A stretch of 64,000 nt of DNA from Botryllus schlosseri. Taxonomy: Eukaryota. Numbering within the stretch: position 1 is the stretch's first letter; every line of letters starts with the position of its first letter. The position numbers and the translations under genes are program-made. Location: positions 24,924,001 through 24,988,000 of the forward strand of contig CM119378.1 in assembly GCA_051294905.1 (NCBI GenBank). Direction: 5' to 3'. The notes under the pieces are model-generated. The model worked only from the letters and a program-made list of their open reading frames with translations, had not been told where the DNA came from and did no database searches. Below are positions 10,504 through 22,975 of the stretch, one piece after another.

Positions 10504-11293
10504 CAGGGGTGGCCAACCTTTTCACCATTCACGGCCGCATTTCGACTGCTCATGTATCCTACGGCCGCATTCCAGGGCACAGTCGTAATGAACGGGCGGG
10601 ACGCCAAATACCCATGTTAAAGTGTCTATGTCCATTTCGGGTGAACTCCGGACTAATCTATTTAATGAAATAGGCTTGCTATACGCACCAAAATCTGGAG
10701 TGGTCACTGGTAATGTTAAGGGACCGGTTATAGTCGTGTCAAGCGCGAAAAAATTTTCAGATCCCTCATGAACTTCGTCATTAATATTAGTAGTTTTACA
10801 TATTACTATCAAACATTTACCCTTTCTCAGCCCATGTGATCAGATTCACCCGTATAGAGTTGATGCAGGGGGAGTTTTTGAAAATTTAGGGCAAGTTATA
10901 AATTATGATGCATCTTCCGGTGGGCCAATTGTTATTAGTCACTTTGTTGCATGCTGTGCTGTGACCTCTAATCAGGATTGTCGGTATAGTGAGGAGTACA
11001 CGATTCCGAATTGGTATTTCTATATGACGCGTATCATTTTCCTCTGCTGTTCGCAGCTGTATTGTAGAGTTCTGATTGCGACGGGCGATACTACAGTAAA
11101 ATCGAAAAATGTAGTCACATTGAATCGCGATCGGCACGACGAAAATTTCAAGATTAATTAAAATCTTTCAAGAAATTGGGAGTCAATTCGCTAAATTCAA
11201 ATTGCATGTCGACGGCCGCCAGCACATACTAATTGAATTACGTGTCCACGGCCGCACAAATTTCCCTCTACGGCCGCAGGTTGGCCACCCCTG
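10504..11293 (+). mobile_element. hAT (Buster-type) MITE, CAGGGGTGGCCAAC termini
   Basis: TIRs caggggtggccaacc / ggttggccacccctg; exact 8-bp TSD ctttaggc. Related copies at about 15696-17140 (-), 21420-22166 and 43733-44409. Confidence 0.95.
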
Positions 11294-11451
11294 CTTTAGG
11301 CAAAGATTGAAAGACTAATTCAAGTCGTTTTTTTTTTTCACTGAAGTGAACTGAGCCTGAGCTCATGAATTTGTGCGATAACTGAACCCATGTTCAGACC
11401 AAGTTTGGGCTTGTTTGTCTACTATCTAATTCACAACCCACTTTATCTCAG

Positions 11452-11610
11452 GAAAGCGTGTCGTCAACAACCTGCAGCCGGACTCGTTGAAGGACTTTGA
11501 CAAGGTCACACTCCCGGACATGGTGAAGCAGTTAGACAATTTGCAATATCTCTACCCTGACATCCCCAAAGATGAGGCCTTCGCTAACTTCTACAAGCCG
11601 CTCACTCCAG
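11452..11610 (+). CDS. STAT: STAT SH2 C-terminal exon: GKRVVNNLQPDSLKDFDKVTLPDMVKQLDNLQYLYPDIPKDEAFANFYKPLTP
   Basis: ctttatctcag| ... |gtaccg; phase 1-1. Matches STAT NL(K/Q)P...DF...L(A/P)D...L.YL(Y/F)PD.PKDE.F..(Y/F)Y. Confidence 0.96.
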
Positions 11611-11664
11611 GTACCGGCGTGAAACTGTCTGTGCTGTGATATTCAAACCTCGTGTGATATATAC

Positions 11665-11885
11665 CAACAGAATAGCGTAATAGTGAAGAGTCCGACTAAT
11701 TGATCGGTAGTTCGTGGGTTGAGTCCCCTGCCGGGTCAGACTAAAGACCTGATTAATAACACTGGTATCTTTGACTTCCCCGCTGGGCACACAGTATTAC
11801 CTCAGCATGGAGATGTGGTGCAAATCTTAGAAAGCCTTGCAAGGCTATATCTACACCTTCCTTGTCCAGCGGCATACGCACATTG
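11665..11885 (+). mobile_element. tRNA-derived SINE
   Basis: A-box-like tagcgtaatag, degenerate B-box gggttgagtccc, then ccgggtcagactaaagac; homologous to 22826-22975. Confidence 0.7.
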
Positions 11886-12962
11886 GGGCTGTTGAAAAAA
11901 TACCTTTTTCTTCATATTTCACTGGCTATGTGATAAAATTGTTAGGCTGGTTAAAATAACGCTGCACACCAAATTTGGCTTAATTCCAACCAGTAGAAGC
12001 GAGATTCTTGCAGTAGAAAGTTTTGAATTTATCCTTAAAAAATTAAATTTAAAATTTTTTCTGTCAACCCCATAACATTGGTTAGGCTGTCAGTAGAGAT
12101 AATGCACACCAAATTTTGCTCAATCCTAACCACTAGAAGCGAAGTTATTGCAGTAGAAAAATTTTTAATTCCATGATTTTATAATAAATAATCATAGAGT
12201 TAGTCACCGTAAGTACTATTTTATTCAAATCCAAATTTTTCTACTGCAATAACTTCGCTTCTAGTGGTTAGAATTGATCCAATCTGGTATGCATCGTCTC
12301 GACTGACAGCCTAACAATGTTATGAGGTTGACAGAAAATTTTTTAAATTTTATTTTAAATTTTATAGGTTGTACTACAACGAATTTTAATTATTTGTACC
12401 ATAATGCGTGATTTGTTACTGGAATTCTTCATAGATCCAGATTTCGTTAAAATAGAGTTTTTTTCATGTGAAAATTTGTCCGTTTTCAAGTCAAAAAAGT
12501 TTTTCAGGCCAAACTACTTCAGAAGGACAGACAGTTCCTACCAGAAATGAAGATATGTAGTACAATTCTAACATTGTGTGCGAAAACACCTAATTTGCAA
12601 ATGTTAGGTCAAAATTTGGTCATAATAAGGTTTTTCAAGGTCAAAAAATATCAAAATTGTGATTTTTCAGGTCAAAATCTTCCGTTTTTAGTGAAAAAAA
12701 TCGTGATAGTTATCACATATTCACATTTCGTCTATCAGTACTGGTACTTGAAAAATAGGACTGGAAACCCATCAAGAGTGAGGAATTTATGTATATTATG
12801 AATGTAAAGCTTTTGATAGCAGAGTTGTAAAAACTACGTTGAACATGACTTGAGCTTGAAAGCGGCATTTCGCTGTAATTAGTCTTATCAGGCCACTGCA
12901 ATACGCTAGAGTCTCTTGTTGTGCCGATTATGCATGTTATGGTAGTACATAACTTTTTGCAG

Positions 12963-13096
12963 TCTCTCCCGATGGATACATTCCGAAAGAGCTGATGGTG
13001 CAATTGCGCAATACCTCAATTCACGAAGACTCTGGCCCGTCGAACAGCTGGCAAGGTGATGATGACTCGCTATGTTTGGTTGAGATTATTGTATAG
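12963..13096 (+). CDS. STAT: STAT phosphotyrosine-tail exon: VSPDGYIPKELMVQLRNTSIHEDSGPSNSWQGDDDSLCLVEIIV* (3' boundary uncertain)
   Basis: Acceptor tttttgcag| in phase 1. DGYIP corresponds to STAT5 DGYVK (activating Tyr). Frame is open to TAG at 13094-13096; only weak internal donors are visible (e.g. after 13055). Confidence 0.85.
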
Positions 13097-13289
13097 CATT
13101 TCATGTGTCCTGAAAGCAGACTGGGCTGTTGAAAAATAACATTTTTTTCTTCAAATTTTACTGGATACCCTTATGAAATTGTTACATAAAAAAAACGATG
13201 CATATAATATGTTTGGATTAATTTCAACCTGTAGAAGCAGCGGAACTATTGAAGTAGAAAATTTTGGATTTGAGAAACAGTATACACAG

Positions 13290-13909
13290 TAGGGCGGTTC
13301 AAAAATAACCTTTTTTCTTGAATCTTGCTGGTTACTTGATTAAATCGTTAGGTTGCCTTAAAAAATGACGCACACCAAATTTGAATTCATTCCAACCAAT
13401 ATTCGCGGATTTCGTAGAGTTTGAAAATTTTGAATTTGCCTGAAAATGCAAAAAAAAAAAATTTTTCAAATTTTTCTGCCAACCCCATGAAATTGTTGCG
13501 CTGTCTTCAAAAACGTTGCAAAACAAATTTGACTCAATTCGAAGCCGTAGAAGTGGAGTTATTTCAGTTTTTCTTTGATAATTCTGGGATTATCCTTGAT
13601 TGATGGATCATCCCAGAATTATCATCAAAAAACTTGAATAACTCCGCTTCTGCAGCTTGGAATTGAGTCAAATTTGTTTTCCATCGTTTTTGAAGACAGC
13701 GCAACAATTTCATAAGGATCGAGGGAAAATTGGAAAAAAATTTTTTTTTGCATTTTCAGGCAAATTCAAAATTTTCAAACTCTACGAAATCCGCGAATAT
13801 TGGTTGGAATGAATTCAAATTTGGTGTGCGTCGTTTTTTGAGGCAACCTAACGATTTAATCAAGTAGCCGGCAAGATTCAAGAAAAAAGGTTATTTTTGA
13901 ACCACCCTA
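13290..13909. mobile_element. Fold-back hAT-type MITE (near-perfect 620-bp palindrome); partial family copies at 1-100, 1280-1700, 11890-12350, 13125-13270
   Basis: The left half is the reverse complement of the right half around about 13600. Termini tagggcgg / ccacccta; TSD atacacag (13282-13289, 13910-13917). Confidence 0.95.
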
Positions 13910-15979
13910 ATACACAGTGGAAAAATCTACCATTTAGCTATGTCGCTGCTTCTATGGGTTGCAATTAGGCCAAATTTGCCATGTACCAAGATTGACTCGA
14001 TGTGACTCAACATGACTTCACTCGAGTTACTTGGCGAAATTGAGTCGGCATTTGAGACATGTGGATTGACCCGCGTCTAGAATCGAAATATTGGAGTAGT
14101 CAACTTTCAGGTCGTTAACTAATTGGTATCGGGTAAATTGCTGTAACTGTAAGCTGTAGCATCACTAGGGCAAGTTTTTGTTGCACTAAAATCGCGAGAA
14201 AGTGGCACTTAATTTTAACAAAAGTTGCAGTATAAAGTTGCATCTATAGTTATTGTTAAATTATTAGGGTATGAGATACTCGAAAGGTTCCGTTGTATAA
14301 CCTAGCTCCTGCAGAGCTATCAAATTTGTTACCTTCCCATTTCAGGGTCAGTCTATGGCCAGAAATTACATTTCTATCCTGGTACATAGCAATAAGATGA
14401 TGCAATGCAGAATAATTTCCCTCCAAAAAGCCAAACAGCATAGCGATAATCCACACCTCCCCTCCCCCTAAAGAAAGTCAAATACCACACCCTAAACCCC
14501 CTAGGTCTGCAAACTTGACCCAAGGAATTGCAGAAAAACTCACTCTTGGTGATTTTAACAAAATCAATACCCTGAAAAAGGTGACCCAGTGAATATATAA
14601 TTTTCGGCGGTCTCGCCTGGGCGTTCGTGAAATGGGAAATCTCTAATTTAAAAGAGATAAATAAAAAAGCGATTTATGCACTTATTTTCCGGGCACGATG
14701 GTGCTTGTTAGGGGTAGTTGAACTTCCTGCTTGCAAGCCATTGTGTCACTGATGACAGTGAGATGCAGTTACCCCATCATATAGCTCGTTGTTATACAAA
14801 TCAATGAGGTTAGAACCAAACTAGAAATAGTTTATAACATGTTTTTTAAATCAATCTTTTACATTTTTCTGTGATATTTGATAAAAGTTGTTGTGAAAAT
14901 TGGCATGAAAAATCAAGAAAAGTTGCAAAAAGTTGCACTATAAAATCCCTCCAAACAGCTTGAAGCGTTACAGTAAATAGATTCTGAGTATCTGGGAAGC
15001 TGCCGGAATCTGTAAAAAACTTGCAAAAACTTGCCGTAATCATCACCAAAAATTGATCAAGTTCGATTGAAATCCTTTCCACTCTGATTTGTGATATTTG
15101 TTTTATGTTCCAGTTCAGCATGATACGAGCATGGACGCAGATTCACCTTGAGCTTTTCGTTACGTAAGACAACACGCTCTATGACCGAAGCAATATTAAT
15201 TTGATCAACTCAACTTGTGTATCTGAAAATTTGCTTTATAGAGTAACGCTATGATTGTCAAGGTATTTGTCGAAGACTGGTTTTATTAGGACGTTATCAT
15301 GGCCTAATCTCCGAAAAGCGATTGGGCCGAATTGTTATCTATTTATTGATATCTTGATTTTGTTGAGGAACTGGAGAAAAACGATCACTAAATCATTGGA
15401 TCTGTTTTATCCTAATCTCACAGTAACATGGTTTAATTGTCGTGTGTTTGATATTTTGTTAAATTATGATCTATTCGCACCCCAGAATATCAAATGTCAT
15501 TGTCTGTATCCACCTTTGATCTGGCGCTTTCGCCGTTCATTCTTCTATTTTGCCCCTAACAGTATGACGTTTCACTACGTGGTCACTAGGGCTGGTCACA
15601 ATAATTGAGTACCCGAATCTGAATCGAATATTAATTTTCGATTTCCTGAACAAGGAGGACTAATCCTGAGGTTGACATATGGTAACCCTAGATCAGGGGT
15701 GGGCAACCTGCGGACGTAGAAGGGAATTTGTGCGGCCGTGGCACGTAATTTGATTAGTCTGCGCTGGTGGCCGTCGACAGGCAAATTGAATTTTTGAATA
15801 ATTGAAATTTAATTAATCTTGAAATTTTCTTCTCGCGATGCGCGATTGAATGCTATGCTTCAGAGTGGCGCCCTTTGCAATCTGAACCCCACGGATAAAA
15901 ATGATTCACCCCATATAGCAATACCAACCTGGAATAGTGTGCTTCTCACGAAAGAAATTTGTGTCTGGTACGATTAGGC

Positions 15980-16690
15980 CAGTGATTCCCAACCGCAGCA
16001 CTCAGAGCCACGTGCGGCTCCAAGGTGGCCTTCTTGCGGCTCTGATTAGCCTCTGAATATGCCGCAAAATGTAACAGACGACAGTTGTTGTTTGTTTCTA
16101 TGAATGGCTATAGGCAATTTCTGTATATGAATGCTAAAATGAGGGATATTAGTTATGTCTAAAGTCGTGCATGGCCTCTTCTGAAAACCGGAAAAGAGAA
16201 TTCTTGCAGACTATCGTCAAACGCATGGATGAATACCCGTCACCGTCAGACAAGGATGTATCTTGCGTTCTGCTGGTCATAGACCTTTATATATCGTCTC
16301 TGTGAAGAGTAAATTTCGACACAATTTTCCTAACATTAAAATAATGGCTCATAGTCAAGTATAAATTGCGATAAGTCCAACATTGCTCAGCGTATAATTC
16401 CCCGCAAACTTGTGCATCAAGTGCAGGAATGTATGAAGACCTATCACATCACGACATAATAGTACTCGCCAATTTGCTTGTATCAATGCTATAATGACTG
16501 ATATAGAATCTATAGAAGTCCATGTGCAATATGTGCTTGCTTTTGAAATAGCTGAATGGTGAGAGCAGAGGTAGGCAAGCTATTACATTTTCGTTATAAG
16601 TAGCAAGTACTCTAGTGTTTCCATGTGGCTCCATTCATACTCTCAGGTTTGAAATGCGGTTCCGGCATCCCAAAAGGCTGGGAACCACTG
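15980..16690 (+). mobile_element. hAT MITE nested in the 15696-17140 element
   Basis: cagtgattcccaacc ... ctgggaaccactg; TSD gattaggc / gtttaggc (7 of 8). Confidence 0.85.
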
Positions 16691-18888
16691 GTTTAGGCGA
16701 TTCCAATATATTGGCGCTATAGGTTATCGACAATCCTGATGGGAGGTCAAGAAATAATAGCATGCAACAAAGTGACTAATAACAATTGGTCCACCCGAAG
16801 ATGCATCATCATATGCGACTTGGCCTAAATTTCCATCAACTCACCAGTGAATCCGATCGCATGGGCTGATAAAGGATAAATACTTGATTGTAATATGTGA
16901 ATACACTAATAATAGTGATGGAATTCATTTGTGAATCTGAAAAAGTGTTCGCGCGACCGTAACGTTTCTCAGTAATTATTCAAAACATGACCACTCGCGA
17001 TTTCGATGTGTACAGTGAGCTGATATGAGAAAATAGATTAGTCTGGAGTTCACCGGAAATGGACATGGATAGTTTAACATGGGTATTTGACGCCCAGTTA
17101 GTTCATTACGTATTATGCACTGGAGTGCGACCGTAAGCTACATTAGTAATCGAAATGCTTCCGTGAATAGCAAAAAGGTTGCCCGCCTCTGCGCTAGATC
17201 AACACACAGCGTTGTCAGTGCAACGAAATTGGAATGGCCGAAATAATACAAAATAATCTTTAATGTTATGTAGAACAGCATTATATTCTTGTGGTCGCAT
17301 AAAAAGTTAATATTTGAACATTCCATATTGATCGTGCTGTTGTGACGTCAATACGAGACATATTCGATTACTTGAATCGACTCTAGTCCCCATTCTCGAT
17401 CCAGAATCGAATCTCGCCGGAACTCAATTTTGGCCAGTCCTAGTCACTGTTTTGCAGGTGTTCCATTACCAAACTCACCAGTTCGTTAATTTACCAAACA
17501 ACATGTTGCATTAGCTATTAATCTGTACTGTTTTATTTCCTATGTGTTTCCTTCGTTATGTCAAGCCACCTGTAATGATACCAGTTATGAGATGGTTCCG
17601 CTCATAAATTTGAATACTCGAGCAGATTACATCTGTTTGCACTGCATATTCGAGCGGTTTTGATGATTTAGTTCCCATTGATATCTGGATTGTTTTATCA
17701 TCGAATTTGTCACAACCATTGGAATGATAGTTCAGGTTTCATAGCCGATTTTAATCGCATTGAAGTTCCACGTCCAATTGTATTAATAGTAGCCATCCTA
17801 CGTTTTGTAATAGTAATTCAATTTTCTGCAACTGCCGCTATAACAATTTTGCGCCGCATCCGGCCTAGTTACTCCTGCATGATTGCCCCAGTGATTTTGA
17901 TACATTTTTCTACTAGCTATGAATGGTATAGAGGCAATCTTACTTACAGCATTAGCATATCTACTTTAACCAGCTCTGACCGTTATACGAGCGCTTACGG
18001 TTTGCTTACAATTAATTCTTGTTGGTGTGTTTTGAAAGTGCCAGTACAATCTCCGTGATGCAGTTCCTGTTTGTAGTGTAGTACATTGCTTTTTCCAATT
18101 ATTTTTGTGACTTTTCCGTCGTTTTCATCAGTTTCAATGCCGTGTCGTGTCACGAATGATGTGAATGCAATTCTATAATTCGCAGTGTTCCATACTATCT
18201 ATATTTTTTGGTATTGAGTGAGTGCCGCCTGCTGACAATCGAGTTTTACTGGCTTTTTATGCTCTTTCGCAATTGTTGTGTTACTGAAGAACTGCAGTCA
18301 GGTTTTACCACAATACTTGCGTCAAATATCGCGACCTCTGCAATATAATTATTCACATGCCATGCATTCTTAGTATAGGCTACTGCTTACTATGCTTAAA
18401 CTAATCTTCACACTCAAACCCATCAGGATTTGGTGATCGGGTGGATACTGGATAGTGGATATAGGTTGACATGTACTTTCCGTTTGATTTCAACTGAGGC
18501 GCCATATGCTATTTGGTTCTGTGTATCTGAGGTCTATTTCGAGACTATTCTGCTCTTGTGGAAAATATAAAGTGGTATTTTGTACAGATCTGCTCGTGGC
18601 ATGAAAAGGTGCGGCTATCGTTGGTGCAAAGTTCAGCTCAGTTTATTATTAAAACAGTCCTCTAATTAATACAGCACAAGATTGCGATACAATGCAAAGA
18701 TAGGAAGGAAGGAAGGCGTCTAAACGACTTGGAGTAGTCTTTGAAATCAGAAACGCGCCTCCTGGGCATAGGCCATGTAAAGAAGAGGCATGGAATGGAT
18801 GGCACACTGAATTGAAAGTAATAGAAGATAGCATAAAAGGACAAAAGACTAAAGGAGGTGGCATGTGACGGTACATATCGGTATACCG

Positions 18889-19056
18889 GATCGAGCTCGG
18901 GCTGTTATTAATTCAGTGGAGTGTCTGTACTTTGACTAGAATGTGTACAAACTGTACGTACGTAACCTGCATGCTCGTCGACTGATGCTAGCTACCAAAC
19001 TTGGACTGAGAGATAACCAAGTGCAGATATATTTCGTAAGTGTCGCAGTAAGCGTT
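18889..19056 (+). pseudogene. Degenerate homeobox remnant
   Basis: DRARAVINSVECLYFD*NVYKLYVRNLHARRLMLATKLGLRDNQVQIYF, then RRSKR after a 1-nt frameshift. Matches homeodomain L13, R31, L34, A35, L38, L40, Q44, V45, I47, F49. Position 17 is TAG and W48 is Y. Confidence 0.5.
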
Positions 19057-22000
19057 ATCATGAGTCAGACTCGCCGTTTTGTAGTCGCTTAAACAAGAGA
19101 GTAACGTCACAGAAGCATTGCGTAATTAATATATTATTAGCAATTACCATAATAGGCCTATGTGACACAGTAAACTTCATGCTAGATGATGTAGGGAGGA
19201 TGTTACCTTGAGACCATAATAATAGTCGTCAGATTTGAATTTTTCTGAACAAGACACACACAACGTTCAATGCGATAAGACACAATGCGATGTAATGAAC
19301 TGCTGATAGGAGGTTGCGGAACGACCATAGCTGCGGTCTCTTAAACTGGCATCAACCTCGGCCTAGTACGGCGCCCGATATGTCGCAATTCTTTATGCGA
19401 CGCTTGTCTGTCTCTGTTGCTCTTTCCATTCCTTCTAAGTGCACTCTTTCATCGGGTTCTTTTCTGGACTTTTTTGTCGCCGTAAGAACAGCAACGCGGG
19501 GAAAGAGGAGCCCAGAATAACCCCCATCGCGAAATCGAATCCGAGCGGCAGGTGCTTCGTCACCACTATAGGCCTACGCTCTCTCCCCCATATTATTAGG
19601 TTGCCGAGTAGGCCTATCTGTATTACTTAGAAATCCCTGCTTGTTACTACTTACCTACTTAGTAGCCTACCAACGATGACTTCCTGTCTGAACACCTCGG
19701 TCTGTAAGCTATACGAATAGATCAGAGGTTCCGAACCGGGGAGGACGAATTCCCCCTTAGGGGGGATTTTGCAACTTTTAGGGAGGGATTCCTCTTTAGA
19801 ATTGTAACGGATTTTCCGAATTCCGCATGTCCGAGCTGTCATGTAGTCAACCAGTTATTTCCGGACGTAGGCTATGCTCCTTATGGCTGTTTTTTGCTGG
19901 ATTTATATTCAAATGCTATTTGATATCTCTTTTTCACATACAAATTCCCCTTGTTTTTTTAAACTAGTTCAAATGTGGTGTAGTTCGCGAGACAATTTAG
20001 TATATCTCTGGTAATATTGAATAGATTGGATTTATACTATACCAATTTTCCCCCACTCCGAACAGTCTCCTGTCGCATTTTCATGCACCAGGAACAATAG
20101 ACGAAATTCCAACAGTGTGGTCACTTTACTGTTTTTCGAAATTACAATGAAATGTCGGTCTTGGCCGTCTCGGTTCATATGACTTGGTTCGAGTTAAGCA
20201 CAATGACTCGAGTCCAAGTCGAGTCAATACACAGATTGTCTCGAGTCGAGTCATTTCCTTATTTTGAGAAGATGACTCGAGTCAAGTCGAGTCATCAGAA
20301 GATGGTTACTTGAGTTGGACTCGAGTCTGGTCAACCCTGCTGTATATGAAAGAACCAATATTATTGGCCAAATGCATACGCAAACTTGAAAAAAAATCGC
20401 TAGACCAGTAAAATTATGTGTACCGATTTTTCACAGCAGTTATATTAGCGATTGGTGCACGGTAAGCTGAAAACACAAATGGATAAGTTTTGCGTTCACC
20501 GTAAACTAACACGGCCAAATCTACGAATCACACTCGTTACCGCCCGTCTTGTTCTTCAGTCAACAGGTGTTTGGGCGGTAAATTTGACGTTTTTATACAT
20601 CGGGCAGATTTCTCATAAGGGGGGAATTTCGGAGAAGGAACCACTGGACTAGATCATCAATATTCCCAGTCTAGCAGTCGCAGATTTTATAACTTCAGAA
20701 TTACCCGCACGGACTTCCGAATTTTTGTAGTTCAACCTGTCTATTACCCTGGCTGTCAAGGTGGACGAGTTTCCAAAAAGGATGACATTTAGGCGTCATC
20801 GATGACATTTTCTATTTTGTGAGAAAGGAGGACAAATCCTCATCCTAACCCTATACTTATACCCCATGTTGTGAATTCACGAAAATTACTTCTCGTGGCC
20901 TACACCGATATTTCCAAATGTGATATGGAAACTGTATTTCGAGCCGATATAATTGGCCGAGCTCTATTTCGGGGCTTCACAAGCCGTGGGTCTTTATCAA
21001 AATTTGATGGAGTCCCAATAACAATGATGAGAACTAGGCGGTTACCCGAAATTTCTGATGCTGGATTTCAGTAAATTGGGACCGAGTTAAATTCCAATGC
21101 GTGCACCGGTACGCGCGGTTATTGCGCTATCTCTAACCCGAACTTCAAACCTAATAACTTAACCCTTAACCAGATATTACCTGACAGTGTCCCTAAGCGC
21201 AATTCAAGTCATTGAGACCGCAAACCCAGCCGTAACATCTGGGATTTCAAGAACCTCCCTATAAATATTTCTAGAAATCCTTGCGTGACATAATCCAGCC
21301 TAACGCAACCCTTCCCGTAACACAAATGCTAACATAAAATTCATATCCATTCACCCAACCCGGTATAACTTGATCATCTCTCTGAGATGTGTATGGTGTA
21401 TTCGACCTTCCTGCTATTCAGGGCCGCATTTTGGAATACTGGTATAGCGTACGCCGGTATTCCAGCGGACAGTCGTAATAGACGACCTGTGGGACGTCAA
21501 AATCCATCCCGTGTGGTTTCTGTGTCATAGCTCTTTTGTTGTGAATATACCTTTCGTATGAACGTTCTTTGTATAAGCAGAACGCCAGATCTCATAAACA
21601 GTGTGACGCCTTTCTCCACAAGAAAATAGTCCCGTGACATCTTTTTGCGTCGCCATTTATTAGCATAATCATCCGTCTCCTCTCTAAATAGATTTTCCGA
21701 GGTGGCGTTTAAGGTAGATCCTACTAAAACTAAAACTACTAACATTGCATATTGAGAATAATTCGTAAATTCGACCAATCAGCGGCCTCCCCCTAACGTT
21801 AGTCTTGGCCCCTCATAGGGTCAATAATAACACTTCTGGGGGTGAAATAATCCATATTTCTTAAATACTCTCCGTGTCGTGTCCGGTATATATCACGCCA
21901 TTGTGGAATGCGCGGAACAGGAAGCGGTGCCCTCTACTTATTTATTTATATTGGCTCCCTATATGCATGGAAATCGCGATAGTAGCAACTTTACGAACAG

Positions 22001-22682
22001 AAATGGAGAATATAGCGCGAAAAAATGTTCAAGATTGATTAAAATCTTTCAAAAATTAGGGAGTCAATTCGTAAATTCTAATTGCATGTGGAAAGGCGCC
22101 AACACACTATTTGAATTACGTGTAAACGGACGCACCGTTATTCTTCAACGACCGCAGGTCGACCACCCCTGCTCGAACCCCTAACCCTTGACGGCATTTC
22201 GGTAGCATAGGCAGCACGCAAGGATTCTTTCTTATCCAAACCGTGCGTCAAAATAATTCAATTACGTCTAAATTTCTTGCTTTCCGGTAATATAGACCTA
22301 CGTCATAATATATGCGTTGCATGTAGGCCAACAGCATGTATGAAATCTGTGAGTAGCCTATACAAAGAAAAAGATTGAATTTTATTTGCGAATGTAACGA
22401 ACGGAAACCACACGAAAACTTCAGACAGCATTCAATGGTCCGTTGCTTGAGTTCGCGCGTCAAATAACCTTTGGTTAGATTTGTTAGAACAACGTTGCAT
22501 TTTGTATAATAGGGCCTATATAACGCATTTTATAATTTATATAATAGAGACACATGCATATATGTTCGAGTACTAGTAAAAGGCATATATAGTTCAGCTT
22601 CGACAAAATCCTGCGACTTTTCCCATTGGTCTTTATGATTTGAAGTGCTGTGCGATTGTGTGCGGCGGTTTATTAGAAAGCG

Positions 22683-22763
22683 TCACTGAATGGCGCACGT
22701 TGTGCTTTTCGTTAGTTGAGGCGGTAAGTTTGTTCTTTTTCTCATCTGGACCCTTTCTAAAAC
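22683..22763 (-). CDS. EF-hand/CaaX protein, last exon: VLERVQMRKRTNLPPQLTKSTTCAIQ*
   Basis: Acceptor ttgtttcgttattag|, phase 0 matching the previous exon. Ends in CaaX box CAIQ and TGA. An AATAAA lies just downstream on the minus strand (about 22662-22667). Confidence 0.82.
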   Translation of the reverse strand, partial: VLERVQMRKRTNLPPQLTKSTTCAIQ

Positions 22764-22825
22764 CTAATAACGAAACAAGGTACTTAGTCGGTGTCACCTG
22801 ATGAACATTAAAATATGACATTCAT

Positions 22826-22975
22826 CCACCGAGCGAGATAGTGTAATGCGTCCGGCTTCTCGAGCGGTAGGTCGTGGGTTCGATCCCCGGCGGGATCATA
22901 CCAAAGACTCGAAAATTGGTATCCGCAGCTATCCTGCTAGGCGCTCAGCAATCACGGATAGCATGGAGGAGAAAA
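22826..22975 (+). mobile_element. tRNA-derived SINE head
   Basis: gatagtgtaatg (A box) ... ggtcgtgggttcgatccccggcgggatcataccaaagac (B box GGTTCGATCC) followed by a non-tRNA body. Confidence 0.8.

Noticed and set aside
10522-11161. ORFs shared with 43854-44501 and 15800-17100
   Set aside because: Chance frames within copies of one MITE family; stops and frames are not conserved between copies.
14420-14592. Pro-rich open frame (HTSPPPKESQIPHPKPPRSANLTQ...) as a STAT transactivation exon
   Set aside because: The only good acceptor is phase 2 and no phase-2 donor exists in the 12963 exon. No STAT similarity.
17520-18360. Possible LINE ORF on the minus strand
   Set aside because: Only vague hints (TWN, RWL) in different frames with many stops; no RT or endonuclease motif could be confirmed.
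19310-19860. CpG-rich segment with short ORFs and a minus-strand donor near 19655
   Set aside because: No acceptor/donor pair with a convincing frame; it may be a promoter or a repeat but cannot be supported.
22826-22900. Possible tRNA gene
   Set aside because: A and B boxes are present but there is no closing acceptor stem. It continues into a SINE body shared with other copies.
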